The notes under the pieces are model-generated. The model was given only the letters and a program-made list of their open reading frames with translations. It had not been told where the DNA came from and made no database searches. From assembly GCF_009914755.1 (NCBI RefSeq), contig NC_060934.1: a stretch of 64,000 nt of DNA; one strand, given 5' to 3'. This DNA is from the human T2T-CHM13v2.0 reference genome, Homo sapiens. This document shows, one piece after another, positions 41,735 to 64,000 of the stretch (positions are counted from its first letter, which is position 1; every line of letters begins with the position of its first letter). The position numbers were made by a program, and so were the translations under genes.

Positions 41735-44700
41735 TTGATATTGAAATATTTGATCTGAATCTCTTCTTTTTTGGCAGTAATTACAGGCCTGGTTTGGTTA
41801 TCCATCGAGGGCACTGCTGATTCATGATAATAAAATCATGACATCTCCATATAAAAAATGTTTATTCTTCTACATGCTATTGAAAGGAGGTGCATCTCTA
41901 TCTCAACCAAAATAGCTTCAAATCAGGGAGCTTTGAATTAAAAGGAAAATGGACAGAACACACTCCTGAGATGAAAATTGCTATGTGATTAATCAAAATA
42001 ACATAATGATCAACTCTCACACTTGCAATCATTTTAAGTCTGTACATGTATCAGAAACAAAGAGTTTATTTTAAGCTCATCAACTGAGCCCACAACTGAT
42101 ATCTGTGCCTAGAATCAAAGGCTGAGGAAAAGTGGATAAAAGCACTGAGCTTGCTTCAGTTAGTCCTGAAAGCATTCTCCTCCAGGTGATGATGAGTAAA
42201 ACAGCATTTATTTGCTCTTTAATTTGGCTCCCAGCCCCCAAAACCCAGAGTTGCAATCAGGAAAGAAGCACATATTTTACATGAATAAGGTAAAATAAAT
42301 GTGTAATAATAAGGTAATAGATATTACTTTTTAAAGAATAAAGGATGTCCTTTCAAGCAATGAAACATTTTTACTTTAAAGCTTGAGTAATATATATGTT
42401 CTTTATAAAGAAAAAAAATGCAGGGTTCTCTTGGGTGTGAGTTATACACAAGCTCACTCTGCATCCACATTTTAATACTAAGCTGTGTAGGCTATTACAG
42501 CCTTCCTGGACTTAATCCCTCAAAATGTTCATAGTGATGGAAGAAGCACTTCTATCTTGTGTGTTTGTGTGTGTATCTCTGTGTGTGCATGCTCATGTGC
42601 ACATGTGTGCATGTGAATATTACATAGCACAGCTTACTCCAAATAAATCCTCAAAATATTCCCACTGAATCTCCAGTGTTTCTATTCTTTACTATCCCCC
42701 ATATGGTTGAAGAATCCAAAAGTCATAACCAATTCTCAAATATTTTCTTTGAAAACCTACATCCTGGAGGTTGGTTCCCCATCCTGTTTTTATCTGACTC
42801 TACTATTTCTTGATATTTCAGTATAAATTTCCAATTTAATATCCCGCCACAAGGACATTAACACAATTGCCAATATACGAGATGAGCTGTCTTGGAAATG
42901 CTCGGTTTTCAGGATGCCATTCAGATAATCCAGACAGTGCTTATATTGGAGGTTTGTTTAATTTTATTTTTAAAAAATTTTAATTGAAATCAGTACAAAG
43001 TACTCAAAATTCTCACAGAAAATATATGGACTTTATAGATTATGTTTCTGGACATAGTTTGAAAAACACTGAAATAACCACATTCTGGGTCTAGCCAAAT
43101 GGGATTCTGCCATTACTTTGATAAAGGTGAACTCATTGGAAAGAAATCTTCCTAAGATGTTTCATCTGGACTGTAAGATTTTCTGTTTGTTTGCTCGTTT
43201 GGTCAGCTGTGCAACTAAATAGCTGATTAGCATCTTTAGATACTCAGTGTTTGGACTGTTGAGTTTGATTTCTAAAACTAAACAGTCTGAACCCCTCCTG
43301 CCAAGAAGCCATCAAGATCTTAGCTTCATACATCTGGTACCTGCTTCTCATAGGCTGCCCTTATGGCCAAGCATTTTATCCAAACTCAGTTATTCCTACA
43401 TCAATTTATTAAACCTGAGGGTTTTTATAAGGTGATAAGGAATTTATAATAATATTTAAATTTGACTTAAGCAAAAGGTTTGGATAGTCTTTTCATGTTC
43501 TCATTTTCCCCTCTAAACTGGCCAAGGTTTATTTTGAAGCAGGCACTTGGATGAGTACCACATTTGCATGACACAATGAAGAAGGACCTATTTTAAGCTC
43601 AAATCATTGACAGAAAAGGAAGGGATAAGCTTTCCATCGAGGCATCAGGAGCTAAGTTTTAAACAGGCTTTTGCTAGCAATAGGTCACAAGAGAGTTTTA
43701 AAGGTTTGGTTAACCCCACTTCTCTCAGCTCCCTAAGCTCATGGTCTGGGTATGGGTAACGGACTGTGGGCCAGCATGGCTACATATTAAAATGTGTTTA
43801 TTTTTCCATGGGGTAAAAAATCATACTGAGGATGGTGATTAGGAGAGAGCCTGGAAGCTTCTACAATGTAGTCACCCAGTGAGTGAGTGAAATAATCTGA
43901 AATATTTTCCTAAGCCACTATATACACCACCATCATCTCAGTTCATAGGTGCCTTTTGTGAGAAATTTTTTACTTAAAGAATGTTTTATAGCTAATCAAT
44001 TTTCTTCTTCCCTTTGATTCTGGGTGGGGCCTATCAGACCACTGCTATGCCCCAAATTCAGGTCCCCAGAGACCTGAATAACTCCACTGTAATAAATGCA
44101 TAATCAATAAATGTTAAATACTCTTATGAAATCATAAGAAAGAAATAGCATAGTAGAAAGATGGGCAATGATATTTCTAAGAGGGGCTCTGCGAAGACAG
44201 GATTGACCAAGAGGAGAGGAAAGCTTCCTCTTATTATTTCTAGCACAGGTCCCCCCTGTGGCTACCGCATCTATAATCACACTTCTTGTCAGTCATGACA
44301 TAAAATTAATTAAGGAAAAATATGTGATTGATTTTTACTAATTAAAGAAGAATAGGAGATTAGAAATAAAGTAACATTAAAACACTGAGAATAAGGGGGA
44401 AGGAAAGAGTAAAGTACAAATTGAAATGGGAGAATAAAAATCCCAGTGAAGACAAGAGATTAACAGTTGAAAATAATAAAAGAAAACACATGATGTTTAG
44501 AATAAAGTATAAAAGGCCAGTGGTCAATGAGATTAAAAAATAAAATCCTGAAAGCAAAAGAGATAAAGGATGAAAAGCCCATGAAACAAAATTTTAGACA
44601 AAAATCCATATAAATGTGAGAGATTAAGGATTAAGAGCAGGAATTAGGACATACAAAGGTAAAAGTAGAAAATATAGTATATGAAAAAGGAGTATTAAGG

Positions 44701-45989
44701 AAAATTATGTTTAAAGGCCTAAATATGAAAACTTTAGAGAAATCATTGAACAGAAATGTCACAGCATGAGGGTGGACCCCAATGGAGGGTGATATGGCAT
44801 AGTCAATAGCTCTTGGGCTGAGCGTCTTGCCCTTCATAAGGGGCTTCCTTTCAAGTGGGTGGTCTTTACAGGTGAGGCACCAAGGATATGGAGAACAATC
44901 TTATAAACTTAAGTCCCTTCAGTCTCCCTAAAGAATAAAACAGAAAATCCTGAAGTTGACTGGCCTCTCAACACTTACAAGGCAAGCCCCATAGAAAAGT
45001 TAGGATTCTTTTTTCCAAAAGTCAAAGGCAGAGGGAGAAGTGATTAAATCCTATAAAATCAGAAGCTGTAGAGAAGGGATGAATATGGATTTATTTTTAA
45101 ATCCAAATCTTTTTATACCATCCATGAGAAAGAGTCAAATTTAAGATAATTGAGAAGAAGGCATTGTTACATGAAGGTTAACACACATGGAACTCATAGC
45201 TCAAAGAATTAATATAGATAATACTTAAATAGTTGTCAAAAGGATTTGGTATACATGTAAATTTACCAGAATGCAGAGGAAAAGAACTGGAAGACATGAC
45301 TGGAATCTAATCCCATCTCTGCCACTAGCTGACTGTGTGACCTTAGGTAAAGCATTTTATGTTCTTGCATCTTACATTACTTGTGCATCTGTAAGATAAA
45401 AAGTTTGGTTTGATATTCTCTAAAACTAACATTTGAAGTTGATATTAAGAGAAATGAGCTTTCTCATATGCTGAATATTGGGATGAATGGGTCATAGATC
45501 TGGGTCTGTAAATAGGAATTGAAATATAATTCTTAGAAGGGCCAGAAGGTTGAGTATATGAGAGAAATGACCAGATATAAGACAACAAGGGTTGATGGGG
45601 TTGTAAACAACTGGAAATACATGTCTCCTCTAAACGGCATGGTGCTTCTCAGCTATGCCTGATATTGTTATGTAGAAATGTAGGCAGCCAATTCTTTAGA
45701 TTTTTTTTGTAAAGAAGCCAGAAATCTTTTACGATGTGATATCTCCTGATTGTTAATATCACTAACTTATTTTAAAAATTGAAAAATCAGTAGGTGAGTC
45801 AGCTGAAAAACATCTGCCAGCTCAGTTTGGACTGTGGGTCACTGTCTACAAACTCACTGATCTGTAATGCCCCAATCCTTACATCTGCCTCAAAAGTTCA
45901 GATCAGGTCTTTACCTAAGCACTGCTGGCCCAAGGCAGAAGTGAATTTATGGAAACTTTATTTCTCCAGTCACTAGATTTATTCCTGTA

Positions 45990-46930
45990 AGGTCAGAAGT
46001 AATGTTTTCTCTCTCATTTCTTTTTACAGTGATTTGCATATTCTCCTTTTTTCTTGTTCAATCAAGCTAAAAGTTTGTCAATTTTGTTGATCTTTTCAAA
46101 GAACCAAATTTTGATTTCATGTATTCTTTCTATTGTTTTTCTCCTCTTTATTTTACTCATTTATGTGCATCTTTATTTTCTACCTGCTTGTTCTTCTTTT
46201 TCTAGGTTTTTTTTTTAAGATACAAGGTTAGGTTATTGATTTGAAATCTTTCTTTTTTCATAATATAGGCATTTATAGCTATAAATATCCCTCTAAGAAC
46301 AGTTTTAATTGTATCTACAAGTTTTACGTGCTGTGTTTTCATTTCCATTCATCTAGGTGTATTTTCTCACTTCTCTTGTGATATTTTTTGACCCATTAGT
46401 TATTTAGGAGTGTGTTATTTACTTTTCACATATTTTTGAATTTTCTAAATTTCTCTCTGTTATACATTTCTAATTTCTTTCCATCATGAATATAACACAT
46501 AATTTGTAAGATTTCAATCCTTAAAAATTTATTTTAGATTTGTTTTATAGTCTAACATATCATCTATCATGAAGAAAGTTATATATGCATTGAGGATAAT
46601 GTATATCCTGCTATTGTTAGGTGTAGTTGGTTTATAGTGTTTTCAAGTCTTCTGTTTCCTTATTGGTCTTCTGCCTGGTTGTTTCATTTGTTGTTGAAAG
46701 TAAAGGTATCAACATCTCCAACTATTATTGTTTAATTATCTATTGCTCTTTTCAACTCTGTCAGTTTTTGCTTTAAATATTTGGGAGCTCTGTTGTTAGG
46801 TACTTTTATATTTATAATTGTTACGTCATCTTGACGGTTTGGCCCATTTACCATTTTAAAATGTTCTTCTTTGTCTCTAGTAACAATTTTTGTCTTAAAG
46901 TCTATTTTGAACAATATGCAATCACTAGCT
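45990..46930 (-). mobile_element. L1M ORF2 endonuclease-region fragment
   Basis: ORF 46732..46938 (IDFKTKIVTRDKEEHF...TIINIKVPNNRAPKYLKQKLTELK) is L1 EN-like. Confidence 0.85.
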
Positions 46931-48250
46931 TTAGGCATCTTCCTCTACCCTTTCCTCAACTTTTGCTTGAGATTATATAAAAATTATTTATGTTCAATAA
47001 GCTCACAGTGTTTCCCGTTCCCTGACTCCTGGCAAATTACCACCTTTCCCTTGCTTACTCTTCTGAGAACTAAAAGACTCAAAAGTCAAATGAGGATTAT
47101 TTTAAGTAATAAAGACAGTTTTAATGGAGGAAGAGGTAATTGATGTGATGGGACACATTATATAGAACTGCGGAGGGGTGAAACGATGAGAAGACCAAGA
47201 TGGCATTGATAGAGTGATGTGGTTAAAGGGGTTATTTGAGTCTAGGAAAGTGAGACATTCCCAGAACATTCAACATGATAAAGAATAGGAGTGAAAAGAC
47301 AAGGTATTTTAAGAAATTAGGCTGTGAGGTCTGTGCTTTTTTCCACTTAATTGTTTAGGAGAGATGTATAAATGTTGAAATTCATTTGGGGGCAGTGCTT
47401 CTTAAAACAGGATGCCTCTCAGACACTGAACTGTATGTGATATGGCTAACCAAGTATTACATATAATAATTCTCCAAGAGAATTCTGAAAGGAGAAGACA
47501 GTAAAGGCAGAGGCCACACTTCTGAAGAGATATTTAATGTTAGAGTAGGGGAAAGCTATAGTTTAAAAAAATTCAGTATTATGCTTAGGTAAATACTTAC
47601 ATCATATGCATTATAAGATAGATCTATATTTAACTTTTTAAGAAATTGTCAAACTGTTTTCCAAAGTGATTATAACAGTTTTCATTCCTACCAGCAATGT
47701 ATGAAAGTTCCAGTTTCCTTACATCCTCAACAACACTTGTTGTTATAGTCAGTCTTTCTAATTTCAGCCATTCTAGTAACAATATTGTAGTACCTTATTA
47801 GGAATTTAATTTGTATTTCCCTAATGCCTGATGATGTTAGACATGCCTTATTTTGCCCATGTTGTCTTTATATCTTCAAAGGTGAAGTGTAAATTCAAAT
47901 CTTTTGCCTATTTTTAAAAGTTCTGAATGAAATCCTTTATCAAGTATATGTTACATAAATATTTTCTCCTAGTTTGTGGCTTGCCACTTCATTATCTTAT
48001 CAGCGTTTTGCAAAGAGCAGCAAAGAGCAGAAGGTTTAAATTTTGATGAAGTCCAACTTATCAACTTTTATTAATAGGGGTTCTGGTTTTACAGTTAAGA
48101 AATTTTTACTTAAATGTTTTCTTCTATACTCTTTATAGTTTTAGATTTAATGTCTAGGTCTATTATCCATTTTGAGTTAGCATCTGCATATAGTATAAGG
48201 TATGGATTGAAGTTTTTTCTTTTTTTTTCTTTTTTTTTGCATATAGCTAT

Positions 48251-48560
48251 CTGCGGGAAAACAGTTCTACATGACTCTCACATTTCTGGATATCTTATCA
48301 GAAAAGGCATCTTTGTTCAGAAAGGCATCTATATTTTCAAGGATGTTTGTATAGCCAATAGCCTTGGGAAACAGAGACAGTGTCTCTCTTCATAGCAAAG
48401 GGCAGATTTGTTATCTGTCCAAAATAATACAGACAATTTCTTCTTTTTGGGTAAACATCAGGAAGGTTTACTACCTTTTATAGAACATTCAAGGTCCCTA
48501 AGTTCAGAGGTCTTCAGTTGTGACACAATCCCAATGTGTCCAAAGCCACATCACATTGCT
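48251..48560 (+). mobile_element. LTR47-like ERVL LTR fragment between L1M pieces
   Basis: tgcgggaaaacagttct...ttcaaggatgtttgtatagc...agcaaagggcagatttg. Confidence 0.6.
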
Positions 48561-49114
48561 GGAGAGGCAGGGGAGATGAGAGTAACTGTGTTCTTTTTTC
48601 AAACATGTGTCTTTCCTAGACTCAGTAAACCTTTTAATCTGCCCTAAACCCCATCAGTGTATTTTTCATCTCCATTATTGGAGTTTTATCCCTAGAATTT
48701 CAAATGTTTAAAAATCTTCCATGCTTCTACCTACTTTTTTGAACATATGAAATATACTTATAGTAAATATTTTACTGTCCTTGTCTATGAATTCTAACAT
48801 CTGTGTCAGTTTCCATTGATTTTTTTCCTTCATTATGCATTATATTTTATTGCTTATTTTCTGCTTATTTTCATGCATGTTTTTATTATATGCCAGACAT
48901 TGTAAATTTTACCTTTTTGTGTGCTTGATTTCTTTTACTCCAATAAAAATAAATGCGCTCTGTTCTGAGGTGCAGTTAATTTACTTAGAAACCATTGCAA
49001 ATTTTGGGTCTTGCTTTTAAAATTTGTTAGGCAGGGATCAGAGAAGTATTTATTTCACAACTAATTGTTCCTTACTACTGAGGCAATATCCTTTTGAGTA
49101 CTATACTCAATGTC

Positions 49115-53690
<4,576 letters not shown>

Positions 53691-53739
53691 ATTGTGACTA
53701 TAACTGACTTTTTCTTTTGTTTGTTTTTGTTGCTTTTAT

Positions 53740-55560
53740 TTATAACTAAATTTTTATTGTGTGAAACCATCACACAATGGTTTCACACTAAATATTCAGG
53801 AACATTCTCATTGTTCCAAAAAGAAACCCTGTACCTATTAGTAGTCAATCTCTGTCATTTTCTGGCCCTACTCTGGAAATCGCTAATTCTGTCTCTAGGT
53901 ATTTGCCTATTCTGGACATTTCATATAAATGGAACCTTACTAAATGTGGCCCTTTGTCTGACTTATTTCACTTATCCTAACATTTTCCAAGGTTCATCCA
54001 TGTTGTAGCATGTATCAGCACTTTATTCATTTTTATGGTTCAATAATATTTCACTATATGGATATATCACATTTTATTTTTTCACTCATCTACTAATAGA
54101 TTTTTAGATTATGCCTACTTTTTTGCTATTATTAATAATGTTGCTATGAAATTCACATACAATTTTTGTGTGAAAACGTATGTTTCTATTTGATATTGGA
54201 AACATGATATTAAATATCTTCTTATGTGCTTTTTGAACATTTAATTGTATTTGGATAAATATATATTCAAATCCTTTTGCCACTTTAATTTGTCTTTTAA
54301 TTGCTAAGTTATAAAAGTTTTTTGGATTTTCTGAATACTATACATTTATCAGGTACATGATTTGCAAATATTTTTCCCATTCTGTGGTTTCTCTTTTTAC
54401 ATTCTGGATGATGTCCTTTGAAGCACAGAAGTAAGTGTGTAATTTGAATTTTTAATTATTTATTTTTATTGCTTGTACTTTTAGTGTCATAGCTAATAAA
54501 CTACTACTTAATACAAACTCACAAAGATTTACAACTGTGTTTTCTTCCAAGAGTTTTACAGTTTTTGTTTTAACATTTAGGTCTTGAATCCATTTTGAGG
54601 TTTTTTTTATAAAATGTGGAGAAAGTACAAGTCCAACTATTTTTTTTCATCTGGATATACAGATACCCCAGTATGATTGTTGGAAAGGCAATTTTTTTCC
54701 CTTATTGAATAGCAGTTAACTTAAAGGTGAAGATTTATTTTTTGAACTCTCAATTTTATTTCACTGACCTATATGTCTATTTTTATACTAACGCATAAAT
54801 ACAAAACCAAATACAAAAGCATTTATCAAAAATCTCTGAAAATTTAAGAAACATAGATTGATTACAGAAGGAATTCACAACTTGAAGAAGTGACAACAAA
54901 GGGTTGAAGTTCCTTTTTTCATTCTCTCTCTCTTTCATAACATTTACCTTAAGGGTGGGGCCTGATACTTGAGTGGCAAAGTGGCACAAGTGATGAATTC
55001 TTATAGAAACTCAGTCTTTGTGGTCAGAGAAATCAGGAAAAGAAGCCCCTCAGGGTAAGTGGATGAATAATTCAAATGAGGAGAGAATCTTAATTAATGT
55101 GGCTTTGCACTAAGTTTTGAAATCAAGAAGTATGAGTCCTCCGACGCTGTTATCCTTTTTTCGAGATTTTTTGGTTATTCTGTGTTCTTGGCCTTTCCAC
55201 ACGAATTTTAAGATCAACATGTCAATTTATGCAAAAAAAGCCAGCAGGAATTTTGGTATGGATTACGCTGAATCTGCATATCAATATGGAAGTGTTGACA
55301 TCTTAACAATTGTAAACCTTCCAATCCATGAACATGGAATGTCTATTTATTTATGTCTTCTTTAATTTTTCAATGATATTTTGTAGTTTTCAGTGTAAAA
55401 ATCTTGCACTTCTTTTGTTAAATTTATTCCCAAGCATTTTATTCATTTAGATGTCATTGATAAAGAAAATTGTTTTGGTTTTTTTTTTAGATAGTTCACT
55501 ATTAATACATAGATATACAGTTGATTTTGTATATTAATCATTTCCTGCAATCTTTTTGGA
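53740..55560 (-). mobile_element. Old L1M (MB/MC-like) 3' fragment, interrupted at ~54795-55089
   Basis: L1M 3'UTR/ORF2-like sequence continuing across the inserted duplicate. Confidence 0.7.
54795..55089 (+). repeat. Direct duplicate of 56485-56790
   Basis: Near-identical ORF translations MC(H/Y)FATQVSGPTLKVNVMKERENEKRNFNP; the copies align by eye over ~290 bp. Confidence 0.9.
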
Positions 55561-55742
55561 CTCATTCATTTGTTTTCAAGTGATTTCAAACATATTTTGA
55601 TTTTTCATTCTTAGTTGAATACATTAAAAGTCTTTTTAAAACTGCAAAGAAATGTTAAATCACTCAGTAATATATTTTAACTAATAATAATTTATGCACA
55701 TTGTAAACTAAACTAAATAAGTAAATATTAAATCTAATTACA

Positions 55743-56056
<314 letters not shown>

Positions 56057-56449
56057 TTACAAATCCATATTTTGGTGTAAGACAAAAAGATATAAAAATG
56101 AAGTTCAGTTAAAATTTTGTAATCCAAACTTAAAGTTGAAACTATAAACTCACAGTTTATAGTCACTCAGAAACAGTTTCCTAGCTCTAATCACTGAAAA
56201 TACCTGAAAACAATAGCTTATGTAGTCTGTACAAATACCCCTAATACATATATAGTGTTTTTCTAATAATATACTTCTTTAAAGAAACCAGGGTTTCTTG
56301 AATCCAAATCAGGAGAGGGAAAATTATAAGATAAGCTTGACACATCTTGGTATATCAGAATAAAAGAAAACTATCAAAAATTACTGGAGTTATGAAAAAA
56401 GGACATGAAATCAATTCTGAGTTTAATAAAAATTATTAATATAGAAGTG

Positions 56450-59340
<2,891 letters not shown>

Positions 59341-59409
59341 AATGAAAATAATTGTAAAGCTAGCATTCTGAACTGAGTGAAAATATCTGTCAGAGATGAA
59401 AGCAAAACA

Positions 59410-60603
59410 CTTTTTTAAAAAAATTTTATTTATGTTTAACAGCCTTATTAAAGTATAACTGGCTTACAATACTCTGCACATATTTAAAATCTATAATTCA
59501 TTATTATGTATGTGCATATCCAAAATCCATTATTACAATCAAGACAATAAAAATATCCACCAAACCCAAGAGTTTCCATGGGCCTCTATGAAATCCATGT
59601 CTGTCTCTCCACACTCCCTGCTCTTCCCTCATACCCAAGAAATAACAGATCTGCTTTTTGTCAATGTAGTATGTTTTGCATTTTCTAGAATTTTATATAA
59701 TTGAAATCATTGACTACACATTTTTTACTGACTTCTGTTAAACTTTTTGTTTTTAACTGACACATAATTGTGCATATTTATGTGGTGCAGTGTGATGTTT
59801 GATATATGTGTACATTGTATAAAAATCAAATCGAAGTATTTTGTTTATTCACAGCCTCATATATTTATTACTTCTTTGTGGGGAGAACATTCAAAATCCT
59901 CTCTTCTAGCAATTTTGAATTGCTAGAAGCAATACAATATGGTTAACCATAGTCACCCTACTGTACAATGGAACACCAGAGATAATTTTTCCTATATAAC
60001 TGTAACTTTGCACGCATTGACCAATCTTCTAATCTCCCTATCTCCCCACTACCCGTCAGCCTCTGGTAACCACTATTCTACTCTCTACTTCTAGGAGATC
60101 AACTTATGAGTGAGATCATGTGGCATTTATCTTTCTATTCCTGGCTTATTTTACTTAACATAATGTCCTCTAGGTTCATCCATGTTGCTATAAATGACAA
60201 GATTTCTTCCTTTTTTATGGTGGAATATGTTGTGTGTATATATATACATATATATGTGTGTATATATATATGTATACATATATATACGTATATATACACA
60301 TACATACGTATATATGTATATACATATATACACACATTTTCTTTGTGTATATATATACATATATATGTATATATATATACACCATTTTCTTTGTGTATAT
60401 ATATACATATATGTATATGTATATATATACAACATTTTCTTTATCCATTCATCCATTGATGGACACTTAGGCTGATTTCATATCCTGGGTATTGTGATTA
60501 ATACTGCAATAAACATGAGAGGGCAGGTATGTATTTGATATAGTGATATTATTTCCTTCGGATATATAGCCAGTAGTGGGATTGCTAGATCACATGGTGG
60601 TTC
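59410..60603 (-). mobile_element. L1MB and L1MA 3' ends
   Basis: L1M 3'UTR motifs (accatagtcaccctactgtacaat...ctctggtaaccactattctactctc). Confidence 0.75.
60230..60430. repeat. (TA)n/(CATA)n compound microsatellite expanded inside L1MA
   Basis: Alternating purine-pyrimidine tract with a repeated cattttctttgtgtatatata unit. Confidence 0.95.

Positions 60604-64000
<3,397 letters not shown>

Noticed and set aside
60106-60475. Six overlapping Tyr/Ile/Val-rich ORFs
   Set aside because: Translations of a (TA)n microsatellite.

Overview
Primate DNA, human or a close ape, judged from the Alu, L1PA and MLT2A content. The left 15 kb holds the 5' end of FAM13C on the minus strand. This includes a CpG-rich promoter (~14.5-15.3 kb) and three coding exons (14776-14715, 8259-8203, 4790-4586). 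The exons splice in phase through GT-AG introns to give [49 protein letters not shown]...[25 protein letters not shown], and the gene continues off the left edge. The remaining ~49 kb is upstream intergenic sequence dominated by transposon fossils: Alus, MIR/L2, MaLR/ERVL LTRs, Tigger3, MER30, MADE1, a hAT transposase relic, and an 18-kb nested L1 stack at the right end. I found no new multi-gene system. The most interesting signal is in the FAM13C 5' architecture. A weak-Kozak main ATG is overlapped by an out-of-frame uORF, and there are candidate alternative/poison exons. All of these could favour a strong-Kozak internal Met84, which begins a canonical N-myristoylation motif (MGNFKSRK) and drops a KEN box and a Cys-rich N-terminus. 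This is a hypothesis inferred from sequence. Repeat subfamily names are by eye, and boundaries are approximate unless TSDs are quoted.
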